Notes: a model not told the origin generated them from the sequence alone. A stretch of DNA of 64,000 nt from the human T2T-CHM13v2.0 reference genome, Homo sapiens (GCF_009914755.1 NC_060943.1), one strand, 5' to 3'. Shown: positions 1 to 12,986, numbered from the stretch's first letter. Numbers and translations: made by a program.

Positions 1-68
1 GGGCGCGCTCGAGCTATGAATCTCGGAAATTACTCAAACCATCAGCCTCTGCAAGAAGCAAAGTGGAC

Positions 69-200
69 GGCCGGGCGCGGTGGCTCACTCCTGGAATCCC
101 AGCACTTTGGGAGCCCGAGGTGGGCGGATCACGAGGTCAGGAGATCGAGACTGTTCTGGCTAAACCAGTGAAACCCCCTCTCTACTAAAAAAATAACAAA
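69..200 (+). mobile_element. Alu left arm only (repeated in each unit)
   Basis: GGCCGGGCGCGGTGGCTCAC...GGATCACGAGGTCAGGAGATCGAGAC...TCTACTAAAAA, after which Alu similarity stops. Confidence 0.9.
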
Positions 201-484
201 AGCGAAGTGCATCTCCCATAAACGAGGTACTGCAGGAAGAAAGCAGAAAATGAGACCCGAGTACACACATGCATGCGGGCGTGCGCACACACACACCAGA
301 AGAAATGAACCAAGAGGAAAGGAAATATTTTCAAGTAAGCATTTGGAGATGGGAAAAACACCTTGAAACAGAAATTCATAAAGTACACACATGTTTTTTT
401 TTTTAAGTTAAAAGAGGAACAATAATAAACAGGCAGAAAATGAATAAAAAATAAAATGTCATATCAGAAGTGAAGATAAATTAA

Positions 485-697
<213 letters not shown>

Positions 698-704
698 TAG
701 AGTC

Positions 705-1900
705 ATCATGGAAATTAAACAACCTGCTTCCAAATGACTTTTGGGTAAAGACTGAAATTAAGGCAGAAATAAAAAAATTATTTGAAACTAATGAAAACAA
801 ACATACAACATCCCAGAATCTCTGGGACACAGCTACAACAGTGCTCAGAGGAAGTTTCTAGTGCTATATGGCTACATTAAGAAGCTAGAAAGATCTCAAA
901 TGAACCGCCTAACATCACACCTAGAGGAATTAGAAAAACAAGAGCAAATCAACCCCAAAGCTAGCAGAAGAAAAAAAAAAAACGAAATCAGAGCTGAGCT
1001 GAATGAAATTGAGATGTAAAATACCATACAAAAGATCAATGAAACCCAAAGTTGATTTTTTAAAAAAATTATTTATTTATTATTTATTCCATAAATTATT
1101 GGGGTACAGGTGGTATGTGGTTACATAAGCTCTTTAGTGGTGATTTGTGATTTTGGTGCACCCATCACCTGAGCAGTATACACTACCCCCTATTTGTTGT
1201 CTTTTATCCCTCGCCCTCGCCAACTCGTCCCCCTAAGTCCCCAAAGTCCATTGTATCATTCTTATGCCTTTGTGTCCTCATAGCTTAGGTCCCACATATC
1301 AGTGAGAACATACGATGTTTGGTTTTCCATTCCTGAGTTACTTCACTTAGAATAATACTCTCCGGTCTCATCCAGGTCACTGCAAATGCTGTTAATTCAT
1401 ACAAAGTTGATATTTTTGGAAGCATAAATAACATGGAAAGACCACTAGCTAGATTAATAAAGAAAAAAAGACAAGATCCAAATAAACACAATCAGAAATG
1501 ACAGAGGTGACATTACCACTGACCCACAGACATACAAGAAACCCTGAGACTATTCCACATGCCTCTATGCACAAAAACTAGAAAACTAGAAGAAATAGAG
1601 AAATTCCTGGAAACATAAAACCTCTCAAGATTGAACCAGGAAGAAATGGAAACCCTGAACAAACCAACGATGAGTTCCAAAATTGAGTTAGTCATACAAG
1701 ACCTACCAACCAGCGCAAAAAACCTTAGACTAGACGGATTCACAGTCGAATTCTACCAGATGTGTAAAGAAAAGCCGGCACCAATCCTACTGAAATTATT
1801 CCACACAATTGAGGAGGAGCAACTGCTCTCTAACTCATTCTATGAGGTCAGAGTCATTCTGATACCGAAACCTGGCAGAGACACAACGAAAAAAGGAAAA
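705..1900 (+). mobile_element. Degenerate L1 ORF2 fragment interrupted by an antisense L1 3' end (repeated in each unit)
   Basis: L1 ORF2-like sequence (CAGAATCTCTGGGACACAGCT; ORF 1631-1903 [11 protein letters not shown]...PILLKLF...[12 protein letters not shown]) with frameshifts and stops. Confidence 0.9.
1057..1401 (-). mobile_element. 5'-truncated L1 3' end (L1PB-like), nested with a target-site duplication
   Basis: T-rich tail followed by GGGGTACAGGTGGTATGTGGTTACAT...GTGAGAACATACGATGTTTGGTTTTCCATTCCTGAGTTACTTCACTTAGAATAAT. Flanked by CAAAGTTGAT at 1047-1056 and 1402-1411. Confidence 0.8.
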
Positions 1901-2020
1901 TAGGTAAAGTAATACATATGTTAATGATCTTGATTTAGCCATTCTACGGTATATACATATTTCAAAACAATATGTACATGATAAATATGTACAATTTGTC
2001 AATTAAAAATATATAAAAGG
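1901..2020 (+). mobile_element. Old L1 (L1M-like) extreme 3' end
   Basis: ATATGTTAAT...TTGATTTAGCCATTCTAC..TATATACATATTTCAAAACA..ATGTACATGATAAATAT..ACAATTTGTCAATTAAAAA resembles recalled L1MA/L1PB 3' termini. Confidence 0.65.
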
Positions 2021-2116
2021 AAGAGGAAAAAATTCAAATGGCGTAGAATTTGAAAGGAGAAGATACAGAACAAACTCCAGTGTCTTATTATTCAACTATA
2101 TATACACACGTTCAAT

Positions 2117-2425
<309 letters not shown>

Positions 2426-2464
2426 GGATTTAATGAATGAATGATGAGACCGTTGGTGACATCT

Positions 2465-2590
2465 CCCACCTTCTCCCTCTCACTCCACTGCAGCCACACG
2501 GGGCTCCTCACTGTTCCCGTAGCAGCAGGCATGTGCCCCCACAGGGCCTCTGTACTGGCTGTTCCCACTGCCCGAACACCCTCATGCACC
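2465..2590 (+). mobile_element. L2 3' fragment (appears to resume near 3140-3320)
   Basis: CTCACTCCACTGCAGCCACAC..CTCCTCACTGTTCC...CAGGGCCTCTGTACTGGCTGTTCCCACTGCC resembles the recalled L2 3' consensus. Confidence 0.6.
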
Positions 2591-2592
2591 AT

Positions 2593-2810
2593 CTGCACTG
2601 TCCAATACGGCCGCCTCTGGCCACACATGGCTACTGAGCAGTTGAACATGGCTGGTCCAAACCAAGATTTCCAAGACGTCGTGTGGTAAAAAAAACAACA
2701 TAAAATTTTGCAAAAATGTTTCTATTGATTATGTTAAAATTATGATGTTTTAGGTATATTAGGTTAAATCAGCTATTTTATCAAAATGAATCTCGCCTGT
2801 TTGTTTTTGC
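2593..2810. mobile_element. MER33/MER3-like hAT-Charlie DNA transposon fossil
   Basis: CTGCACTGTCCAATACGG..GCC.CT.GCCACACATGGCTACTGAGCA.TTGAA, followed by AT-rich TATTGATTATGTT...TATATTAGGTTAAAT. Confidence 0.65.
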
Positions 2811-3114
2811 TTTTTTTTTTTTTTTTTTGAGATGGAGTCTCGCTCTGTCGCCCAGGCTAGAGTACAATGGCGTGGTCTCAGCTCACTGCATCACTGCAAC
2901 CTCTACCTCCCAGGTTCAAGCGATTCTCCTACCTCACCCTCCCAAGTGGCTGGGATTACAGGCGTGTGCCACCACACCCAGCTAATTTTTGTATTTTTGT
3001 AGAGACAGGGTTTCACCATGTTGGCCAGGCTGGTCTCGAACTGCTGACCTCGTGATCTACCTGCCTCGGCCTCCCAAAGTCCTGGGATTACAGGTGTGGG
3101 CCACTGCGCCGGCC
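2811..3114 (-). mobile_element. Full-length AluS (repeated in each unit)
   Basis: Poly-T, GAGATGGAGTCTCGCTCTGTCGCCCAGGCT...GACCTCGTGATC...GCGCCGGCC. Confidence 0.92.
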
Positions 3115-3348
3115 ATGTTTCTCGACTTCTGCTGGCAAGCATGTTCCAGTATTTGCATGGCTCCTAGCCCTCATCTCCATTTCTCTGCACAGATGTTATC
3201 TTCCCCATGAGGTCTGCCTTATACATGAGGCGTGTATTATAAAGTGCAACTGCCAATTCGCCAACCCCGTTGTTTCTTCTCTCCAGAACACTAGGCACCA
3301 TCTGATCTCCTATGCCTTTTCCTTATTGTCAGATACTGAACTCTCAGA

Positions 3349-3379
3349 TACAGTTCCCCTTCCTCCCTCCAGGGGGCGC
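3349..3379 (+). promoter_or_regulatory. Predicted CTCF site (core plus upstream module), one per unit
   Basis: Core CCTCCAGGGGGCGC at 3366-3379 (consensus CCASYAGRKGGCRS, one mismatch), preceded by TACAGTTCC at 3349-3357. Cores also start at 8744, 14115, 19483, 24861, 30240, 35616, 40986, 46345, 51715, 57078 and 62453. Confidence 0.7.
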
Positions 3380-3417
3380 CATGGAACGCAGGGCCCTCAC
3401 TGGCCCTGGGGACTGGG

Positions 3418-3425
3418 TGACGTCA
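3418..3425. promoter_or_regulatory. Palindromic CRE (TGACGTCA) about 79 bp upstream of snaR
   Basis: Perfect CRE in units 1-6, 11 and 12; TGACGACA in units 7-10. Confidence 0.6.
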
Positions 3426-3440
3426 GGGGTGAGCCTCTGG

Positions 3441-3449
3441 TGATTGGCT
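3441..3449 (-). promoter_or_regulatory. CCAAT box (NF-Y-like, AGCCAATCA on the - strand)
   Basis: TGATTGGCT about 50 bp upstream of snaR, present in all units. Confidence 0.5.
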
Positions 3450-3496
3450 CCCTCACCCTGCGTAAGATCAAAGGGCCTAAAGGTCAGCCCCGACAC

Positions 3497-3616
3497 CCGG
3501 AGCTATTGTGGCTCCGGCCGGTTGCGCGGGCCCTCGGACCCTCAGAGAGGCGAGGGTTCGAGGGCACGAGTTCGAGGCCAACCTGGTCCACATGGGTTGA
3601 AAAAAAAATTTTTTTT
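3497..3616 (+). ncRNA. SNAR-C: snaR Pol III RNA gene, B/C-type (unit 1; GAGCTA 5' variant)
   Basis: CCGGAGCTATTGTGGCTCCGGCCGGTTGCGCGGGCCCTCGGACCCTCAGAGAGGCGAGGGTTCGAGGGCACGAGTTCGAGGCCAACCTGGTCCACATGGGTTG followed by A9 T8. A-box-like site at 3509-3521, B-box GTTCGAGGC at 3570-3578, oligo-T terminator. Matches the recalled snaR sequence; B versus C subtype is uncertain. Confidence 0.88.
3609..3616 (+). terminator. Pol III oligo-dT terminator (T7-T8 in all 12 genes)
   Basis: T-run directly after the A-rich tract, about 30 nt downstream of the B-box. Confidence 0.85.
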
Positions 3617-3645
3617 ATCGTTCCCAATATAACAACAAAACATAA

Positions 3646-3986
<341 letters not shown>

Positions 3987-3996
3987 TCTTCTATTC

Positions 3997-4175
3997 TTTT
4001 AGAGACAGCGTCTCACTCTGTTGCCCAGGCTGGAGTGCATTGATGTGATGTGTGATCATAGCTCATTGCAGCCCTGACCATCCGAGCTCAAGCAATCCTT
4101 CTGCCTCAGCCTCCTGAGTAGCTGGGGCCGCAGATGTGCACCACTGCACCTGGCTAATTTTTAACATTTTTTGTG
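3997..4175 (-). mobile_element. AluJ-like right-arm fragment
   Basis: GAGACAGCGTCTCACTCTGTTGCCCAGGCTGGAGTGCA...GATCATAGCTCATTGCAGCC..GCTCAAGCAATCC. Confidence 0.8.
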
Positions 4176-4539
4176 GAGCCAGAGTCTGTATAAAATAAAG
4201 TGTAAATAGTACCATAAATAAAGAATACATAGTACCATTTTATAGTAGTATAAAACGGACATTAGAAACTCTGGACTTAAAGTTTAAAAAAATACACAAA
4301 AGTAGTTCTCAAGTTCTAGAGACTTGGAGAATCCAGGAACCAACAATGTCGTGGAACTCCTACAGCCTTTCATAAAGAATGGCCCTCGAGGAAAGTGGAA
4401 TTGTCAGTGGGCATTGTGTTCGTGCCTCAGCTAAACACGGCAGGAATTTATTTATAACCTAGTGTAACATCCTCGAGGCACTGTTCAATTAGTCAAGCAA
4501 TTGTAAAATTCTCCCAGTCTTAGAAAAGATACAGGTGTG

Positions 4540-5013
<474 letters not shown>

Positions 5014-5237
5014 GCTTCACACCTAGAGAAGAGAGTGAAAGAGAAGGGAGAGCCGTCCTTTTGGGCTGCCTTGAAATAAAGGTTGACCCATGGGTTCATG
5101 TATTGTCATTCATTCTCATTTTCTCTTCCTCTCTTTCTCTCTCTCCCCTGCCCCTTAAGTTAGCTTTTCTACACCCTACCTGGATAAGGATAAGAAATAG
5201 AAGGAGGGGACACTTTAGGATGCTACAAAATAAAATA

Positions 5238-5286
5238 CAACAACAACAACAATAACAGCAGCAGCAACAACAACAACAGCAACAAA
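5238..5286. repeat. Interrupted (CAA/CAG)n trinucleotide repeat (in units 1-11)
   Basis: CAACAACAACAACAATAACAGCAGCAGCAACAACAACAACAGCAACAAA. Confidence 0.9.
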
Positions 5287-5901
5287 AGGGGAAGAAACAA
5301 ATCTGGCCACTGCACATTCCTCCTTGGCAACAAAAAGCCGTGGATGCAAAAAGCTGCCCTTCACTGCATAGACAGAACAGGGCGCGCTCGAGCTATGAAT
5401 CTCGGAAATTACTCAAGCCATCAGCCTCTGCAAGAAGCAAAGTGGACGGCCGGGCGCGGCGGCTCACTCCTGGAATCCCAGCACTTTGGGAGCCCGAGGT
5501 GGGCGGATCACGAGGTCAGGAGATCGAGACTGTTCTGGCTAAACCAGTGAAACCCCCTCTCTACTAAAAAAATAACAAAAGCGAAGTGCATCTCCCATAA
5601 ACGAGGTACTGCAGGAAGAAAGCAGAAAATGAGACCCGAGTACACACATGCACGCGGGCGTGCGCACACACACACCAGAAGAAATGAACCAAGAGGAAAG
5701 GAAATATTTTCAAGTAAGCATTTGGAGATGGGAAAAACACCTTGAAACAGAAATTCATAAAGTACACACATGTTTTTTTTTTTAAGTTAAAAGAGGAACA
5801 ATAATAAACAGGCAGAAAATGAATAAAAAATAAAATGTCATATCAGAAGTGAAGATAAATTAAAAGTGGTCAAAGGAGAAGAGATCTAAATGCAAACTTA
5901 A

Positions 5902-6075
<174 letters not shown>

Positions 6076-7617
6076 TAGAGTCATCATGGAAATTAAACAA
6101 CCTGCTTCCAAATGACTTTTGGGTAAAGACTGAAATTAAGGCAGAAATAAAAAAATTATTTGAAACTAATGAAAACAAACATACAACATCCCAGAATCTC
6201 TGGGACACAGCTACAACAGTGCTCAGAGGAAGTTTCTAGTGCTATATGGCTACATTAAGAAGCTAGAAAGATCTCAAATGAACCGCCTAACATCACACCT
6301 AGAGGAATTAGAAAAACAAGAGCAAATCAACCCCAAAGCTAGCAGAAGAAAAAAAAAAAAACAAAATCAGAGCTGAGCTGAATGAAATTGAGATGTAAAA
6401 TACCATACAAAAGATCAATGAAACCCAAAGTTGATTTTTTAAAAAAATTATTTATTTATTATTTATTCCATAAATTATTGGGGTACAGGTGGTATGTGGT
6501 TACATAAGCTCTTTAGTGGTGATTTGTGATTTTGGTGCACCCATCACCTGAGCAGTATACACTACCCCCTATTTGTTGTCTTTTATCCCTCGCCCTCGCC
6601 AACTCGTCCCCCTAAGTCCCCAAAGTCCATTGTATCATTCTTATGCCTTTGTGTCCTCATAGCTTAGGTCCCACATATCAGTGAGAACATACGATGTTTG
6701 GTTTTCCATTCCTGAGTTACTTCACTTAGAATAATACTCTCCGGTCTCATCCAGGTCACTGCAAATGCTGTTAATTCATACAAAGTTGATATTTTTGGAA
6801 GCATAAATAACATGGAAAGACCACTAGCTAGATTAATAAAGAAAAAAAGACAAGATCCAAATAAACACAATCAGAAATGACAGAGGTGACATTACCACTG
6901 ACCCACAGACATACAAGAAACCCTGAGACTATTCCACATGCCTCTATGCACAAAAACTAGAAAACTAGAAGAAATAGAGAAATTCCTGGAAACATAAAAC
7001 CTCTCAAGATTGAACCAGGAAGAAATGGAAACCCTGAACAAACCAACGATGAGTTCCAAAATTGAGTTAGTCATACAAGACCTACCAACCAGCGCAAAAA
7101 ACCTTAGACTAGACGGATTCACAGTCGAATTCTACCAGATGTGTAAAGAAAAGCCAGCACCAATCCTACTGAAATTATTCCACACAATTGAGGAGGAGCA
7201 ACTGCTCTCTAACTCATTCTATGAGGTCAGAGTCATTCTGATACCGAAACCTGGCAGAGACACAACGAAAAAAGGAAAATAGGTAAAGTAATACATATGT
7301 TAATGATCTTGATTTAGCCATTCTACGGTATATACATATTTCAAAACAATATGTACATGATAAATATGTACAATTTGTCAATTAAAAATATATAAAAGGA
7401 AGAGGAAAAAATTCAAATGGCGTAGAATTTGAAAGGAGAAGATACAGAACAAACTCCAGTGTCTTATTATTCAACTATATATACACACGTTCAATGGACC
7501 GGGAGCAGTGGCTCAAGCCTGTAATCACAGCACTTTGGGAGGTCAAGGCGGGCAGATCACCTGAGGTCGGGAGTTCGAGACCAGCCTGACCAACAGAGAG
7601 AAACCCCAGCTCTACTA

Positions 7618-7770
<153 letters not shown>

Positions 7771-8874
7771 TCAGTCTCAAAAAAAAAAAAAAAAAAAAGA
7801 AAAAGGATTTAATGAATGAATGATGAGACCGTTGGTGACATCTCCCACCTTCTCCCTCTCACTCCACTGCAGCCACACGGGGCTCCTCACTGTTCCCGTA
7901 GCAGCAGGCATGTGCCCCCACAGGGCCTCTGTACTGGCTGTTCCCACTGCCCGAACACCCTCATGCACCATCTGCACTGTCCAATACGGCCGCCTCTGGC
8001 CACACATGGCTACTGAGCAGTTGAACATGGCTGGTCCAAACCAAGATTTCCAAGACGTCGTGTGGTAAAAAAAACAACATAAAATTTTGCAAAAATGTTT
8101 CTATTGATTATGTTAAAATTATGATGTTTTAGGTATATTAGGTTAAATCAGCTATTTTATCAAAATGAATCTCGCCTGTTTGTTTTTGCTTTTTTTTTTT
8201 TTTTTTGAGATGGAGTCTCGCTCTGTCGCCCAGGCTAGAGTACAATGGCGTGGTCTCAGCTCACTGCATCACTGCAACCTCTACCTCCCAGGTTCAAGCG
8301 ATTCTCCTACCTCACCCTCCCAAGTGGCTGGGATTACAGGCGTGTGCCACCACACCCAGCTAATTTTTGTATTTTTGTAGAGACAGGGTTTCACCATGTT
8401 GGCCAGGCTGGTCTCGAACTGCTGACCTCGTGATCTACCTGCCTCGGCCTCCCAAAGTCCTGGGATTACAGGTGTGGGCCACTGCGCCGGCCATGTTTCT
8501 CGACTTCTGCTGGCAAGCATGTTCCAGTATTTGCATGGCTCCTAGCCCTCATCTCCATTTCTCTGCACAGATGTTATCTTCCCCATGAGGTCTGCCTTAT
8601 ACATGAGGCCTGTATTATAAAGTGCAACTGCCAATTCGCCAACCCCGTTGTTTCTTCTCTCCAGAACACTAGGCACCATCTGATCTCCTATGCCTTTTCC
8701 TTATTGTCAGATACTGAACTCTCAGATACAGTTCCCCTTCCTCCCTCCAGGGGGCGCCATGGAACGCAGGGCCCTCACTGGCCCTGGGGACTGGGTGACG
8801 TCAGGGGTGAGCCTCTGGTGATTGGCTCCCTCACCCTGCGTAAGATCAAAGGGCCTAAAGGTCAGCCCCAACAC

Positions 8875-8995
8875 CCGGAGCTATTGTGGCTCCGGCCGGT
8901 TGCGCGGGCCCTCGGACCCTCAGAGTAGGCGAGGGTTCGAGGGCACGAGTTCGAGGCCAACCTGGTCCACATAGGTTGAAAAAAAAATTTTTTTT
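8875..8995 (+). ncRNA. SNAR-C: snaR gene, B/C-type, private variant (unit 2)
   Basis: Same as unit 1 except a 1-nt T insertion at 8926 and G>A at 8973. Confidence 0.85.
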
Positions 8996-9024
8996 ATCGT
9001 TCCCAATATAACAACAAAACATAA

Positions 9025-9269
<245 letters not shown>

Positions 9270-9956
9270 TGACCAGGCTGGTCTTGAACACCTGGCCTCA
9301 AATGATCCACTCGCCTTGGTCTCCCAAAGTGGTAGGATGACAGGCGTGAGCCACCGCGCCCAGCCTCTTCTATTCTTTTAGAGACAGCGTCTCACTCTGT
9401 TGCCCAGGCTGGAGTGCATTGATGTGATGTGTGATCATAGCTCATTGCAGCCCTGACCATCCGAGCTCAAGCAATCCTTCTGCCTCAGCCTCCTGAGTAG
9501 CTGGGGCCGCAGATGTGCACCACTGCACCTGGCTAATTTTTAACATTTTTTGTGGAGCCAGAGTCTGTATAAAATAAAGTGTAAATAGTACCATAAATAA
9601 AGAATACATAGTACCATTTTATAGTAGTATAAAACGGACATTAGAAACTCTGGACTTAAAGTTTAAAAAAATACACAAAAGTAGTTCTCAAGTTCTAGAG
9701 ACTTGGAGAATCCAGGAATCAACAATGTCGTGGAACTCCTACAGCCTTTCATAAAGAATGGCCCTCGAGGAAAGTGGAATTGTCAGTGGGCATTGTGTTC
9801 GTGCCTCAGCTAAACACGGCAGGAATTTATTTATAACCTAGTGTAACATCCTCGAGGCACTGTTCAATTAGTCAAGCAATTGTAAAATTCTCCCAGTCTT
9901 AGAAAAGATACAGGTGTGTGTCCCTCTGCTGTGGCTGTGCACTGACGCTTCAGTAA

Positions 9957-10127
<171 letters not shown>

Positions 10128-11230
10128 TGAACAGCTGGGATTACAGGCACCCGTCCCCATGCCCGGGTAATTTTTGTATATTTAGTAGAGATGGGGTTTC
10201 ACCATGTTGGCCAGGCTGGTCTCGAACTCCTTACCTCAAGTGATCCATCCGCCTCAGCCTCCCAAAGTGCTGGGATTACAGGCGTGAGCCAGTGCGCCCG
10301 GCTTCTTGAATTAGTTTCTAGGAGAAGCCAAGAACCCCCCCGGGCTAAGCCTCAATTTTGGGGCTCGCCTGTGCTGCATCAGCTTCACACCTAGAGAAGA
10401 GAGTGAAAGAGAAGGGAGAGCCGTCCTTTTGGGCTGCCTTGAAATAAAGGTTGACCCATGGGTTCATGTATTGTCATTCATTCTCATTTTCTCTTCCTCT
10501 CTTTCTCTCTCTCCCCTGCCCCTTAAGTTAGCTTTTCTACACCCTACCTGGATAAGGATAAGAAATAGAAGGAGGGGACACTTTAGGATGCTACAAAATA
10601 AAATACAACAACAACAACAATAACAGCAGCAGCAACAACAACAACAGCAACAAAAGGGGAAGAAACAAATCTGGCCACTGCACATTCCTCCTTGCCAACA
10701 AAAAGCCGCGGATGCAAAAAGCTGCCCTTCACTGCATAGACAGAAGAGGGCGCGCTCGAGCTATGAATCTCGGAAATTACTCAAACCATCAGCCTCTGCA
10801 AGAAGCAAAGTGGACGGCCGGGCGCGGTGGCTCACTCCTGGAATCCCAGCACTTTGGGAGCCCGAGGTGGGCGGATCACGAGGTCAGGAGATCGAGACTG
10901 TTCTGGCTAAGCCAGTGAAACCCCCTCTCTACTAAAAAAATAACAAAAGCGAAGTGCATCTCCCATAAACGAGGTACTGCAGGAAGAAAGCAGAAAATGA
11001 GACCCGAGTACACACATGCACGCGGGCGTGCGCACACACACACCAGAAGAAATGAACCAAGAGGAAAGGAAATATTTTCAAGTAAGCATTTGGAGATGGG
11101 AAAAACACCTTGAAACAGAAATTCATAAAGTACACACATGTTTTTTTTTTAAGTTAAAAGAGCAAGAATAATAAACAGGCAGAAAATGAATAAAAAATAA
11201 AATGTCATATCAGAAGTGAAGATAAATTAA

Positions 11231-11443
<213 letters not shown>

Positions 11444-12986
11444 TAGAGTCATCATGGAAATTAAACAACCTGCTTCCAAATGACTTTTGGGTAAAGACTG
11501 AAATTAAGGCAGAAATAAAAAAATTATTTGAAACTAATGAAAACAAACATACAACATCCCAGAATCTCTGGGACACAGCTACAACAGTGCTCAGAGGAAG
11601 TTTCTAGTGCTATATGGCTACATTAAGAAGCTAGAAAGATCTCAAATGAACCGCCTAACATCACACCTAGAGGAATTAGAAAAACAAGAGCAAATCAACC
11701 CCAAAGCTAGCAGAAGAAAAAAAAAAAAAACAAAATCAGAGCTGAGCTGAATGAAATTGAGATGTAAAATACCATACAAAAGATCAATGAAACCCAAAGT
11801 TGATTTTTTAAAAAAATTATTTATTTATTATTTATTCCATAAATTATTGGGGTACAGGTGGTATGTGGTTACATAAGCTCTTTAGTGGTGATTTGTGATT
11901 TTGGTGCACCCATCACCTGAGCAGTATACACTACCCCCTATTTGTTGTCTTTTATCCCTCGCCCTCGCCAACTCGTCCCCCTAAGTCCCCAAAGTCCATT
12001 GTATCATTCTTATGCCTTTGTGTCCTCATAGCTTAGGTCCCACATATCAGTGAGAACATACGATGTTTGGTTTTCCATTCCTGAGTTACTTCACTTAGAA
12101 TAATACTCTCCGGTCTCATCCAGGTCACTGCAAATGCTGTTAATTCATACAAAGTTGATATTTTTGGAAGCATAAATAACATGGAAAGACCACTAGCTAG
12201 ATTAATAAAGAAAAAAAGACAAGATCCAAATAAACACAATCAGAAATGACAGAGGTGACATTACCACTGACCCACAGACATACAAGAAACCCTGAGACTA
12301 TTCCACATGCCTCTATGCACAAAAACTAGAAAACTAGAAGAAATAGAGAAATTCCTGGAAACATAAAACCTCTCAAGATTGAACCAGGAAGAAATGGAAA
12401 CCCTGAACAAACCAACGATGAGTTCCAAAATTGAGTTAGTCATACAAGACCTACCAACCAGCGCAAAAAACCTTAGACTAGACGGATTCACAGTCGAATT
12501 CTACCAGATGTGTAAAGAAAAGCCGGCACCAATCCTACTGAAATTATTCCACACAATTGAGGAGGAGCAACTGCTCTCTAACTCATTCTATGAGGTCAGA
12601 GTCATTCTGATACCGAAACCTGGCAGAGACACAACGAAAAAAGGAAAATAGGTAAAGTAATACATATGTTAATGATCTTGATTTAGCCATTCTACGGTAT
12701 ATACATATTTCAAAACAATATGTACATGATAAATATGTACAATTTGTCAATTAAAAATATATAAAAGGAAGAGGAAAAAATTCAAATGGCGTAGAATTTG
12801 AAAGGAGAAGATACAGAACAAACTCCAGTGTCTTATTATTCAACTATATATACACACGTTCAATGGACCGGGAGCAGTGGCTCAAGCCTGTAATCACAGC
12901 ACTTTGGGAGGTCAAGGCGGGCAGATCACCTGAGGTCGGGAGTTCGAGACCAGCCTGACCAACAGAGAGAAACCCCAGCTCTACTA

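Noticed and set aside
261-297. Alternating purine-pyrimidine tract (possible Z-DNA)
   Set aside because: Short, interrupted CA/CG microsatellite with no further support for function.
1631-1903. 90-aa ORF repeated in every unit
   Set aside because: It is a remnant of L1 ORF2 with a TTG start, flanked by stops and frameshifts. Its recurrence reflects the duplication, not coding constraint.
3497-3616. tRNA, 5S, 7SL or vault RNA identity for the Pol III gene
   Set aside because: It has A/B boxes but no cloverleaf and no match to those RNAs; sequence and 3' end fit snaR.
5061-5317. Poly-Q and poly-C ORFs
   Set aside because: These are translations of the CAA/CAG microsatellite; the poly-Q frame hits TAA after five Q.
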